This document shows positions 33,238 to 46,100 of a stretch of DNA of 64,000 nucleotides, one piece after another. The DNA is taken from the NCBI RefSeq assembly GCF_009914755.1, contig NC_060928.1, one strand, 5' to 3'. The first letter of the stretch is position 1, and each line of letters starts with the position of its first letter. A program made the translations under genes and the position numbers. A model generated the notes under the pieces. The model searched no databases, was not told the origin of the DNA, and saw nothing but the letters and a program-made list of their open reading frames with translations. The stretch comes from the human T2T-CHM13v2.0 reference genome, Homo sapiens.

Positions 33238-33895
33238 GAAGAATAATAAAGTTCTTTACTATGTCCTTTATAGCATGTCAGTGAAAGTTTTCCAAACCTT
33301 ATAAAGAAACTAGAGAAACCTTCAACACATGTTTGTATAAGGTTCCCCATGGGAAGATCAAAATACTCATACTTTTGAGAAAGGGAAGATCTTTATCTAC
33401 AGGTTTGGAAAATTGTAGGGCTGCTAAAGCATCCAGAGCATCCAAATAAATGAGTGTCCAAATAAAGCTCAGTCACCTCTGCATTTTTCTAGTATATTTA
33501 AAACCACCCTTGAATCAAGTACCTATACCCCTGTATTTTCCTTCACTGAGTATGGCAGACTCTCTATGAAATTGTCTGCATCAATATAAGAATAAGCCTT
33601 TGAAGTATCATCACTAAAGTCTCTGAGCTCTTAAGAGTGCTCATCCTAAAAACCATCCTAAAAGCAACCAGTGGTTTCTCTTCTGTCTACAATAAATGGA
33701 CCAAACGCTTCTCTCCAGGATGAGTTGTTTTACTGAGATTGATTTCTCTATTGTTCAGACCTTAATTTTTAATTATAACTTTTAATTTTGAAATAGTTTG
33801 TCTCACTAGTAGTTACAAAAATGGGACAGAGTTCCTGTGTACTTTTCACCAAGCTTCTCCCAAATGCCAATATTCTAAAATACATGATACATTGT

Positions 33896-34362
33896 TGATA
33901 CTGTCTGAATGTTGGTGCCCTCTCCCTTCCAAAACATGTGTGTATATATATATGTGTGTGTGTATACATACACACACACATATATATATACACACACATA
34001 TATACACACACACATATATATACACATACACATATATATACACACACTTATGCACACACACTAATACTGTTACAGTATTAAGAGGCAGGGCCTTTAGGGA
34101 AGTGATTAACTCATGAAGGATCCACCTTCATGAATGACATTAGTGGCCTTAGAAAAGAGGTTTAAGGGAGTTGCCTGGCCTCTTCCACCACGCACAGGCA
34201 CAGGAGACATCATTTATGAGAAACAGGCCCTCACCAGACACTGAATCTGCTGGCACCTTGATCTTGGACTTCCCAGCCTCCAGAACTGTGAGCAATAAAT
34301 TTCTATTGTTTATATTACCCATTGTAAGGTATTTGTTATAGCAGCCCAAGTTGACTAACACA
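33896..34362 (+). mobile_element. MSTD-like LTR containing a compound microsatellite
   Basis: tctgaatgttggtgccc...gccctcaccagacactgaatctgctggcaccttgatcttggacttccc...gactaacaca. Confidence 0.85.
33937..34060. repeat. Compound (TG)/(TA)/(CA) microsatellite
   Basis: Directly visible dinucleotide blocks. Confidence 0.95.
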
Positions 34363-34431
34363 ATTACCCAAACCAGGAAATTGACACTGGTACAGTAATA
34401 TTAACTACAAGACAAATCTTATTGAGATTCC

Positions 34432-34785
34432 AAAAGGATGAAATCATGTCCTGAATTTTCAGTAACATGGATGCAACTGGAAGCCATTTTCCTGTGTGAA
34501 TTAATGCAGGAACAGAAAACCCAAATACCACATGTTTTCACTTATAAGTGGTAGCCCAACGTTGAGTACTCATGAAGTTAAAGACTAGAATGATAGACAC
34601 TGTGCTCTACTTGAAAGTGGAGGGTGGGAGGAGGATGGGGGTTAAAAAAATATATCTATTGGGTACTATACTTACTACCTGGGTAATGAAATGATTTGTA
34701 CACCAAACCCCAGTGACACAGGATTTATTCAGGTAACAAACCTACACATGTACCCCGTGAACCTAAAAGTTGAAAAAGGAAAAGA
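34432..34785 (+). mobile_element. 5'-truncated L1PA15/16-like 3' end
   Basis: gaaatcatgtcc...acatggatgcaactggaagccatt...tgtacaccaaaccccagtgacac...aacctaaaagttgaaaaa. Confidence 0.85.
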
Positions 34786-34932
34786 GTATCATCTTTTTCT
34801 TTACAAAATACTTCTTTTATTAATCTCAGGATTTTCAAAACATTTATTCCAAACCTAGGGATTGTGTATTTTTTAATACAAAAAATAGGATAAAAGTCTA
34901 TTTAATAAAATGGAACACGGATCCTCCTGAAA

Positions 34933-35056
34933 CAGGAGGATCACTTGAGTCCAGGAGCTTGAGGCTGCAGTGAGCTATGACGGTGGAACTTCACCTCACC
35001 CTGGGCAAGAGAGCAACACAGGCTGTCTCTATAAACAACAATAAAATAAAATAAAT
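34933..35056 (+). mobile_element. Truncated Alu monomer (FAM/FRAM-like)
   Basis: caggaggatcacttgagtccaggagcttgaggctgcagtgagctatga plus (TAAAA)n tail. Confidence 0.8.
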
Positions 35057-36146
35057 CAGAAATTTTAGTACACGAATATTTCATTTTACTTAAGGTTTGG
35101 GTTTCTGCACTAAAACTAAACTAAATAGTAAAATATTTATGTAAATGATCTAACATATGGGACTTAAAATGAACTATAGCAGTTAAAATGTATTATAATT
35201 TTCAACATTCATGTCTTATGAAATGCTTCTAGGCATTGGATCCTGGTTAGCTGGAAGTTATATGCATCTATAGAAAAGCTTGCACTTGTACTTTCTAATT
35301 ATAGCTTAAGTTTGTAATAGTTGACGCTTTTTTCGATTGCTGACATTTAAAAATGTAATTGTATTTTATTTTTATATACGCTAGTCATATTGTTAATAAC
35401 ACATTTGAATGTTTGATTGGCTTTGTGAAGTTTGAGCGTGTCTAGCATTAAGTTAATGCCTCTGAGAAACTGAGGTCTTAAACTAGATTTTCTCCAAGTA
35501 AAACGAATATAGAAATAATATATTTTTTCAAGCCAAACCTCAAGAGCTTGTATTTCTTTCATTTCTCTTTACTAATCATATGGAATCTAAGGTACTAGGG
35601 ATTTTTTTGATTCCTCAGTGGAATTTTTAATATTTTGGCTGGTACTCTCTTAAGGTACTACTTAGGATATTCTCATTGTACCAATACATATATAACCTGA
35701 TATATTAAAGTGGCAAGAGAATGGTAGATGTGAAATAAGTGTGTTCCTACATTATCAGAAATTAAATCATAGGAGACAGAATTGGTTTATTCAACCAGGA
35801 AGCAAATATAGGTATCTTGTACTTAACATTGAGTACTAAGTCATTGTAGGTAGTATCAGATAATGATGAAACGAAACTATTGTGCAGAGTTTTGAAGACA
35901 GAGCTGGTCTGGTGGAGGTGTTTCTTTTCTTTTTTTTTTTTTTAACCATCCTAAGGTAGAGAAGATCCCTCTTTCATAGTATTCTGACTATCTAAGTAAC
36001 CTCTGCTATCTTTGAATTTACCAGTGACAACTGTTGAAATGCCAACAGCGTCAGATTGAAAATCAGCATAAAGTCCTGAAGCAACACTATAGATCAGATA
36101 AGTACTTGCAGCCATGGAGAGTGAACAATTATAATTGATTCTAGAA

Positions 36147-36203
36147 AAGTGATTCTCAAAGTGTGGTCCCTGGACTAGTGGCAGCAGCATCAGGGAATTT
36201 ATT
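36147..36203 (+). mobile_element. MER5A, left part (split by L1)
   Basis: agtgattctcaaagtgtggtccctggac...gcagcatc, preceded by 8-bp hAT TSD ttctagaa. Confidence 0.85.
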
Positions 36204-36443
36204 TATTTATTTATTTATATTTCCAACTTTAAAGTTCAGGGGTACATGTGCAGGATGTTCAGGTTTGTTACATAGTTAAATGTGTGCCATGGTGGTTTGC
36301 TGCACAGATCATCCCATCACCCAGGTATTAAGCCCAGCATCCATTAGCTATTCTTCCTGATGCTCTCCCTCCTTCCCCCCCACACCCTCCGACAGGCCCC
36401 ATTGTGTGTTGTTCCCCACTATGTGTTCATGTGTCCTCATCAT

Positions 36444-39400
36444 TCAGCTCCCACTTATAAGTGAGAATATGCGGTATTTGGTTTTCTGTTCTTGAATTAG
36501 TTTACTGAGGATAATGGCTTCCAGCTCCATCCATCTCCCTGCAAAGACATGATCTTGTTCCTTTCTATGGCTACATCGTATTCCATGGTGTACATGTACC
36601 ACATTTTCTTTATCCAGTCTACCGTGGATGGGCATTTAGATTGGTTCCATGTCTTTGCTATTGTACATAGTGCTGCAATTAACATACACATGCATGGATC
36701 TTTATAATAGGATGATTTATATTCCTTTGGGTAGATACCCAGTAATGGGATTGCTGGGACAAATGGTATTTCTGCCTCTAGGTCTTTGAGGAATTGCCAT
36801 ACTGTCTTCCATAATGGTTGAACTAATTTACACTCCCACCAAGACTATAAAAGCATTCCTTTTTCTCCTCAACCCTGACAGCATCTGTTGTTTTTTTCAC
36901 TTTGTAGTAATAGACATTCTGACTGGTGTGAGATGATATCACATCTTTTCGATTTGCATTTCTCTAATGTTCAGTGATGTTTAGCTTTTTTTCACATGTT
37001 TGCTGGCCACATGTATGTCTTCTTTTGAGAAGTTCTCTTCTTGACCTTTGCCCACTTTTTAATGGGGTTGTTTTTTCTTGTAAATTTGTTTAAGTTCCTT
37101 GTAAATTCTGGATATCAGATGTTTGTCAGATGGGTAGATTACAAAAATTGTCTCCCATTCTGTAGTTTGTCTCTTCACTCTGATTATAGTTTCTTTTGCT
37201 GCGCAGAAGCTCTTTAGTTTAATTAGAACCCATTTGTCATTTTTTGCTTTTGTTGCTGTTGCTTTTGACATCTTTGTCATGAAATCTTTCCCTGTGCCTA
37301 TGTCCTGAATGGTATTGCCTAGGTTGTCTTCTAGGGTTTTTATAGCTTTGGATTTTACACTTAAGTCTTTAATCTATCTTGAGTTGATTTTTGTATATGG
37401 TGTAAGGAAGTTTTAATCTTTTGCATATGGCTAGCCAGTTATCCCAGAACCATTCATTAAGCAGGGAATTCTTTTGCCATTGCTTGTTTTAGTCAGGTTT
37501 GTGGAAGACCAGATGGTTGCAGGTGTGCAGTCTTGTTTCTGAGTTCTCTATTCTATTTCATTGGTCTATGTGTCTGCTGTTGTAGTAGTCTTATGCTGTT
37601 CTGGTTACTGTAGACTTGTAGTATAGTTTGAGGTTGAGTAGTGTGAGGCCTCCAGCTTTGTTCTTTTTGCTTAGGGTTGTTTTGGCTATATGAGCTTTTT
37701 TTTGGTTCCATATGAATTTTAAAAGTTTTTTTTTTTAATTGTGAAGAATGTCAATGGTAGTTTAATGGGAATACAATTGAATTTATAAATTGCTTTGGGC
37801 AGTATGGCCCTTTTTATGATGTTGATTCTTCCTATCCGTTGCCATGGACTGTTTTTCCATTTGTTTGTGTCATCTCTGATTTCTTTGAGCAGTGGTTTTT
37901 GTTCTCCCTGAAGCGGTCCTTCACTTCCCTTGTTAGCTGTATTCCTATGTACTTTATTATTTTTTTGTGGCAATTGTAACTGGGAGTTCATTCATGATTT
38001 GGCTGTCAGCTTGCCTGTTGTTGTTGTGTAGGAATGCTAGTGATTTTTGCACATTGATTTTGTATCCTAATACTGCCAAATTTGCTTATCAGCTTAAGAA
38101 GCTTTTGAGCTGAGTCAATGAGGTTTTCTAGATAAAGAATCATGTCATTTGCAAACAAAGACAGTTTGACTTTCTCCCTTCCTATTTGAATACTCTTTCT
38201 TTCTTTCTCTTGCCTGATTGCCCTGACCAGAACTTCCATTACTATGTTGAATAGGAGTGGTAAGGGAGGACATCTTCATCTTGTGCTGGTTTTCAAGGGG
38301 AATGCTTCCAGCTTTTGCCCATTCAGTATCATATTGGCTATGGGTTTGTCATATATGGCTCTTATTATTTTGTGGTATGTTCTTTCAAAACCTAGTTTAC
38401 TGAGAGTTTTTAACATGAAGCGATGTTTAATTTTATCTAAGGCATTTTCTGTATCTATTGAGATAATCATCTGGTTTTTTTCTTTAGTTCTGTTTATGTG
38501 ATGAATCGCATTTATTGATTTGTGTATATTGAACCAAACTTGCATCCCAGGGATGAAGTCTACTTGATCATGGTGTATAAGCTTTTGGATGTGCTTCTGG
38601 ATTGTTTGCCGGTATTTTGTTGAGGATTTTTGAATTGATGTTCATCAGGGATATTGGCTTGAAGTTTTCTTCTTTTGTTGCGTCTCTTCCAGGTTTTTGT
38701 ATCAGGATGATTCTGTCCTCATAAAATGTGTTAGGAAGAAGTCTCTCTTTTTCAATTTTTTTGAATGGTTTCAGTAGAACTAGTACCAGATTTTCTTTGT
38801 ACTTCCAGTAGAATTCAGCTGTAAATCTGTCTGGTCCTGGGCTTTTTTGGTTGGTAGGCTATTTATTAGTGCCTCAATTTTAGAACTTGTTATTGATCTA
38901 TTCAGGGATTCAATTTCTTCCTGTTCAGACTTGGGAGTGTGTAAGTGTCCAGAAATTTATTCATTTCTTCTAGATTTTCTAGTATATGTGCATAGAGGTG
39001 TTTATAGTATTCTCTGATGATTGTTTGTATTTCTGTTGGGTCAATGGTGACATCTCCCTTATAATTTCTAATTGTGTTTATTTGAATCTTCTCTCTTTTC
39101 TTCTTTATTAATCTAGCTAGTAGTCTATCTATTTTATTAATTTTTCCAAAAAAGACAGCTCCTAGACTCATTGACTTTTTGAAGAGTTTTTCCCGTCTGT
39201 ATCCGTCAGTTCAGCTCTGATCTTGGTTATTTTTGCCTTCTGCTAGCTTTGGGGTTTGTTTGTTCTTGGTTCTCTAGTTCTTTTAGTTGTGATTTAGGTT
39301 GTTAACTTGAGATCTTTCCAACTTTTTGATGTGGGCATTTAGTACTATAAATTTCTCTCTTTACGCTGCTTTAGCTGTGTCCCAGAGATTCTGGTACATT

Positions 39401-40225
39401 GTATCTTTGCTGCCATTAGGTTCAAAGAACTTCTTGATTTCTGCCTTAATTTTGTTATTTATCCAAAAGTCTTTCAGGAGCAGGTGGTTCAACTTCCATT
39501 TAGTTGTGTGGTTTTAAGTGAATTTCTTAATCTTGAGTTCTAATTTTATTGCACTGTAGTCTGAGAGACTGTTATGATTTCTTTTGTTTGCTGAGGAATA
39601 TTTTCCTTTGGCTTATGTTATCAATTTTAGAGTAAGTGCTGTGCAGTGATGAGAAGAATGTATATTCTGTTGTTTTGGGGTGGAGAGATCTGTGGACATC
39701 AGGTCCACAGCATCCATAGCTGAGTTCAGGTCCTGAATGTCTTTATTAATTTTATGTCTCAATGATCTGTCTAATATTGTCAGTGAGGTGTTAAAGTCTC
39801 CCACTATTATTGTGTGGGAGTCTAAGTCTCTTTAAGGTCTCTAAGAATTCACTTTATGAATCTGGATGCTCCTATATTGGGAGCACATATATTTAGAATA
39901 GTTAGTTCTTCTTGTTGAATTGAACCCTTTAGCATTATGTAATGCCCTCTTTGTCTTTCTTTGATCTTTGTTGGTTTAAAGTCTGGTTTGTCAGAAACTA
40001 CTATTGCAACCTCTCCTTTTTTCTGTTTTTCATTTGCTTGGCAAATTTTCCTCTATCCCTTTATTTTAAGCCTTTTTGTGCCTTTGCATGTGACATGGGT
40101 CTCTTGAAGACAGCATATGTGTCTTGATTCTTTATTCATCCTGCCATTCTGTGTCTTTCAACTGGGGCATTTAGCCCATTTACATTTAAGGATAGTATTG
40201 TTTTATGTGGATTTGATCCTGTCAT
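36444..40225 (-). pseudogene. ORF2: Decayed L1 ORF2
   Basis: Multiple frameshifted fragments in the ORF track ([27 protein letters not shown]). Confidence 0.9.
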
Positions 40226-40289
40226 TATGATGCTAGCTGGTTATTTTGCAGACTTGTTTATGTGTTTGCTTCATAGTGTCACTGGTCTG

Positions 40290-41306
40290 TGTACTTCAGT
40301 GTGTTTTTGTAGTGGATGGTAACAGCTTTTCCTTTCCATATTTAGTGCAGCCTTCAGGAGCTCTTGCAACGCAGGTCTGGTGGTGGCAAATTCCCTCACC
40401 ATTTGCTTGTGTGAACAGAATCTTATTTCTCCTTTACTTATGAAGCCTAGTTTGTCTGGACATGAAATTCTGGGTTGGAAATTCTTTTCTTTAGGAATGT
40501 TGAATAGAGGCCCCCAAATTCTTCTGGCTTGCAGAGTTTCCACTGAGAGGTCCACTATTAATCTGGTAGGCTTCCCTTTGTAGATGATGTGGACTTTCTC
40601 TCTGGCTGCCCTTAACATTTTTTTTCTTTCCTTTCAAACTTAGAGAATCTGAAGATTTTGTGTCCTGGAGATGACTTTCTTGTGGAGTATCTTACTGGGG
40701 TTCTCTGCATTTCCTGAATTTGAATGTTGACCTGTCTTTCTAGGTTTGGGATGTTCTCCTGGATGATATCCTGAAGTATGTTTTCCATCTTGGTTCCATT
40801 CTCCCTGTCTCTTTCAGGTCCACCAATCAGTCATAGGTTTGGCCTCTTTACATAATCCCATATTTCTCAGAGGTTTTGTTCATTCCTTTTTTCTTTATTA
40901 TTGTCTGTGTTTCTTAATTCAGAAAGCCAGTCTTCCCACTCTGAGATTCTTTCCTCTGCTTGATCATTTCTGCTAATAATCCTTGCAATTGCATTGTGAA
41001 ATTCTTGTGGTGTGTTCTTCAGCTCAAAAAGGTCAGTTATGTCCCTCTATTTACTGGCTATTTTGGCTGTCAGCTCCTTTATTGTTTTATCATGATTCTT
41101 AGCTTCTTTGAATTGGGTTACAATGTGCTCCTTTAGCCCGGTGAAATTGTTGTTGCCCACTTTCTGAAGCCTACTTCTGTCATTTTAGCTGTCTCCGTCT
41201 CAGCCCACTTTTGAGTCCTTGCTGGAGAGGTGTTGCGGTCATTTGGAGGAAAAGAGGCACTAAAGCTTTTTGAGTTTTCAGTGTTTTTTCATTAATTCTT
41301 TCTCAT
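40290..41306 (-). pseudogene. ORF1: Decayed L1 ORF1
   Basis: ATG at 41306; fragment MLRAAREKVHIIYKGKPTRL...ALNMERK. Confidence 0.85.
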
Positions 41307-42983
41307 CTTTGTGGGCTTATCTACCTTAGATCTTTGAGGTTGCTTACATTTGGATGGGGTTTTTGTGGTTTTTCTTTGTTGTTCTTGTTGTGGTGGTTTT
41401 CTGTTTTTGTTTTTCTTTTAATAGTCTGGCCATTCTTCCATAGGGCTGCTGTGGTTTGCTGGGGGTTCTCTCCAGAGCCTAGTTGCCTCGATTCTTTCCA
41501 TACCTGGAGGTATCACCAGTGAAGCCTGCAAAACAACGAAGATGGCAGCCTGCCCTTTCCTTTGGAAGCTCTGTCCCAAAGGGGTGCTGACCAATTGCTG
41601 GCCCAAATGTGCCTGTAGGGGGTGGTTGGAGACCCAGTGGGAGGTCTCACCCAGTCAGGAGGTATGGGGTCAGGGACCCACTTAAAGAAGCAGTCTGGCT
41701 GTTTTTCGTTTGAGCAGCTGTGCTGTGTTGGGGATCCCTTCAGTCCCTGATTGGTCTGGGCTCTCTAAGGCCTGTAGACTGGACCAGCTGAGGAGCCTGA
41801 ATGGCCAAGTTGGTGGCCTGTCTTGCCCCTAAGGTCCTCTGTCCCAGGGAGAAATTGAAGCTCTGGCAGCTCCATAGAACATGGAGCAGTGGCCAGAAAC
41901 CCTGGCTGGGAGGACCCTCACTGTGAGGAGAAGTGAATTAGGGTCCCATTTAAAGAAGCTGCCTGGTCATGTCTCTACAAAACAGCTGTATTGTGGTGGG
42001 GAACTGCCTCTGCCCCTGTCAGCTTGGACTCTCTGTAGCCCGCAGGCTGTAACAGCTGAATTGTCCAACCAACCTAGGTGGCAGCCTTCCCCTCCCCCAG
42101 GCACTCTGTCTCAGGGACAGATCAGAGCTCTGTCAGTAATAAAGTGCCAGCAGTTGTGGCTGGAAGGTCCCACCCAGTGAGGAGGACTGGATCCAGGCCC
42201 TGCTTAATGAACCAGTCTTGCCATATCTGGCAAAGCCTCTGTGTTGCATTGCTTGGGGGGACCCTTCCTTGTCTCGACTGTTTGGACTCTTCAGAACCCA
42301 CAGGCTGGAATGAGGGAATCCACCAAACAGCAGAGATGGCACCTGCCCCTCCCATCGAGAGCTACGCTCAATCTCAGGCAGTCTTCACCTTGTTGCGGGT
42401 AGCTGGCTGGAATTCCAAGCCAGTGGGTCTTATCTTGTGAGGTGCTGTGGAAGTGGGGCCTGCAGAATGAGGCTATTTGGCTCCCTGGATTCCACCTCCT
42501 TTCTAGGGGTATGCATGGACCTCCCGCCATGTCTGAGTTGCAGATATATTTGTTAGGGATCCTGGGGATGGAGTATGTCAAGTTCTTAGGTCTCTCTGCA
42601 TGTCTGAGCAGCTATTCTGCCAAGACTCCACAAAGCCCTGTGTGTTGAGCTCAAGGCCCTAGTGGAGTGGGCTCCCAAGGGGATCTCCTGATCCACGGGT
42701 TGCAAAGATCCAGAAGTGTGGTTTCCCAGGGTCACACAGTCACTCACTGCTTCCCTTGGCTGGGGGTGAGGGTTCCCTTGGCTCTGCATCACTCTTGGGT
42801 GGGCTGTCACCCCACCCTGCTTTTCTTCGTTCTCCATGGGTTGAGTTGTTTCTCTGATAAGTCCCAGTGCAACTACCTGGATATTTCAGTTGAAGGTGCT
42901 GTATTCACTCGCTCCTTTTCATCCTCTCCACGAATGCCATGGACTGTAGATGCTTCTACTCGGCCATCTTGGCCCCCTCCAAC

Positions 42984-43123
42984 CAGGGAATTTATTGGAA
43001 ATGCAAATTATCAGCCACTCCCCAAATTTACTGAATCAGAAATTCAGTGAACAAAGCCCAGCTATTTGTTTTAAACAAACCTTCCGGGCAATTCTGATGC
43101 ACAATGAGTCTTGAGAACCATCA
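42984..43123 (+). mobile_element. MER5A, right part
   Basis: gaaatgcaaatt...actgaatcagaaatt...ttttaaacaa...ttctgatgcac...ttgagaacca, followed by TSD ttctaaaa. Confidence 0.85.
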
Positions 43124-46100
43124 TTCTAAAACAAAATAATCTGACTGCAAATCTACAGCATAATATGATAGAAACAAAAAGAACTGCCCAAAATCGAACT
43201 CAGTCACTAATTATATTTTTGCACTAACATTAAATTATTATTTTGAATTTTTTCTTATATTTTTAGTAAATTTTAAAAGATATGTTTGTTAGGACTCAAT
43301 ATGCTTAGTATAAGAGAAAATAAAATAAAATTTAGGTGTGGGCACTGTACTATTAGAGTTGAATCAGAAACATAAAAAGCAAAATCATGTAAGTTTTCAA
43401 AGAAATTCAGAATACATCTTTATTAGCTTTGCCCAAAGAAATAGCCAAGGACATGTGCCCCACACCACCCCACCACAATTATTCACAGCATCACTCAGAT
43501 TCTTGTCTATTCAATTCTATTTTCCCATTATGAGAAACCATGGTGCCTTGAAAATAAGTAGCTGATTCTTTGTCTGGGTTGAAAGGGGAAAAGTGAGCCT
43601 ATATAATTATGTTGTGCCAGAAAGCAAAAATATGTCACAAATAATGCAGTCACATTGAAATAATCTAATTTGCAATGATCTAAGCATAATTTGAAGGGAG
43701 CTTCTATTGGCCAAGATGAGGCAATTGGGCCTCAAAAGATTATTGACAAAGATCAATGATATACAGTAAATCTGAAAAGGCATAAATCCATAATGACATA
43801 CCAAAGGAGAAAACATTGGCATAAAGATATCTAAGTGAAAGTCAGTAGAATATGAAAGTAATATTTTTGGTCTTGCTATTCAAAACAGGTTGGTATTATT
43901 GACTTATTTATTGTGTCAATAAAAAATACAGAAACTAGTAAATGTAAATTTATTACTTAGCAACTTTTTTTTTTTTTCTGATTCATTGGGAAAGTCAGTA
44001 GAACAGTCCTATAAATTGGTATCCCTAATCAGATAAAGGCACATAAAATATGAAAAACTCACATGAAAGAATTCCAAGTATTTTGTAAACATTGTGTTAT
44101 CTCCTACCAAGTTTAAATATCTAGAATCAAAAGAAGAACAATGTTTATATTTATGAGTATATAAAATCTTGGGTGAAAGCTGCAGCTTTTTATTAGTAGA
44201 AAGAATGATTAGATAATCTGCTGAACTTGAATTTAGGAAAACACTGTTCTCTTAAAATTATGAAATTTGATATAATAACCATAAAATAGCTTCCAAATCA
44301 AAGTATCTATTTGTAGAGAATGTCATTATTTTTTAAAAGGGTTGAAGAAGCTTGAGGTCTTTGCAGTTGTGCTAATCAAGATGTGGAGTACAGGTTTCAA
44401 GGACTATGAATTCAGCCTGTGATGATTTCAATGCTTTCTCAGCTGTTCTTTCTAGCATCTGTCTCTACACACTGTTGTCATTCTCAAAGGCCCACTTCTA
44501 TTCCAAATTCCTTTTCAGTCTAACTATGAGTTTCCAGGCCAACACTGGACTCTACAATAATCCAGCTGGGTCACTGGGTGTATCTGTGCAAAGGGATTTA
44601 GAGAAAGAACTGCTTCACACTCAGATAGACTTTGCCTTGTGAGTTTTCTCATTGACCTCTGTGGGATACACATAATTCATTGAATGTTAATGCTGCACTA
44701 TGATGCAAGAATCCTCAAACAAGCCACAGTCATGTCAAAATAGCCACCAAAGCAATGTGAGTATGACTCTTCTGTGAGCAGAAGATATCACTTAAATGCT
44801 AGAAAAAAATCCCAAATTTTACCCCAATGGGGAAGCTTTATCCTAGAGGAGAAAATGGAAGTTACCCTATGTTGCCCACAACTGAGTGAATAAAGACCAC
44901 AAGTGAGTCCTGAATAGCTACGTGGGAGCAGAAAAATAGCTCGAGGACTATTGATGTGAAATGAAAAATCACTAATTCTAAGATTTCTAGGCCTTTAATG
45001 TGTTTACCAATTATGTCTACTCTATTAAAGTCATCTCTGTGAAATACTTATGAATAAATACTGTGACTCTTTTTTTTCCAAATGTGTATCTGCATCACCT
45101 TTCAGATACACATATAATTTCAGATATACATATAATTTATGTTTTTACTATAATTTCTTTGTTTTCAAATTGTAACATTAAAAATATCTTCAGACAGTAT
45201 ATTTTAACTTCTTTACTATTTTTCCCCATGGCCTCTTTTCAAAATATGTACTTGAACAGATTTTCAAATGTGTCTTGCAAGCCTTTTGAAGGTTATTTAT
45301 TAATGAGTTCAACATCCTTGGCCCCCTGTGGGTCCCAAAACTATACCTGAAAAAATGGGAGCTGAGCTATCTTCTGTTATAATCAATTACAAAATAAACC
45401 TATAAAATTGATGAGTTAGAAACAGAGAGTGAGATGAGCATCTGGCTATGGCTATCGGATGCTCTCATTTTCTGAAATTTTTAGAGAAATAAATGATGAA
45501 AGAAAACATATTTTAAAAGTTGTAAGTTTGTTTGCTATAAAATCCTTTCTAAGACTGTCTTTTTTCATGACTTTAATTTTTACTAGCATGTCAGTAATTG
45601 CTCACCAATTTACACACATACACATACACAACTCGGCTAGTAATTATATCAAAATTCTAGATCAATTTGAAGAGAATCTTCACATGTTATAGTTCTCAAT
45701 TTATTTAGATCTGTACTTTCTCTATAGGTATCTTGTGAATTATGCACATACATATACACATGATTGTATAAATTATGTATATGTAATCTATGTATAGTTC
45801 TATACATATGTATAATTATAATTGGTACTTACATTTCATTTTCTAATTGCTGTTAAATTAGAAATGTGATTGACTTTCATATATTAACTTTGTATCCAGT
45901 GAACTTGTTAAATTCACTTGTTTGATTTAATACATCAGAGCTTTTTAATTTTTATGTTTTTAATAACTATAGGCAAATATAGTGTGAGTGATGATAGTTT
46001 TATTTCTGACTTTCCAATTCTATTAATTTTCTTGCCTTATTGCACTGGCTACCACTTCCAGAAGAATGCCAATTAGAAGTAGTCTTCTATTGCCTGAGTC

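Larger units (their letters stand above)
33768..34431 (-). mobile_element. L1MC-like 3' end split by an MSTD LTR
   Basis: ttttaattttgaaatagttt...acagagttcctgtgtacttttcacc...[LTR]...aaaccaggaaattgacactggtaca. Confidence 0.7.
36204..42983 (-). mobile_element. Full-length older primate LINE-1 (L1PA10-L1PA13-like), ~6.8 kb
   Basis: 5' end GGAGGGGGCCAAGATGGCCGAGTAG, ~1.7-kb 5' UTR, decayed ORF1/ORF2, 3' UTR, (TAAA)n tail; 13-bp TSD cagggaatttatt at 36191-36203 and 42984-42996. Confidence 0.93.

Noticed and set aside
33769-34116. Several Cys/Val/Tyr-rich ORFs
   Set aside because: Translations of the TG/TA/CA microsatellite.
35920-36105. Possible + strand exon after a long polypyrimidine tract
   Set aside because: The acceptor is plausible, but the best-looking downstream donor reads CA|GATAAGT (no GT) and the frames contain stops; not supportable without RNA data.
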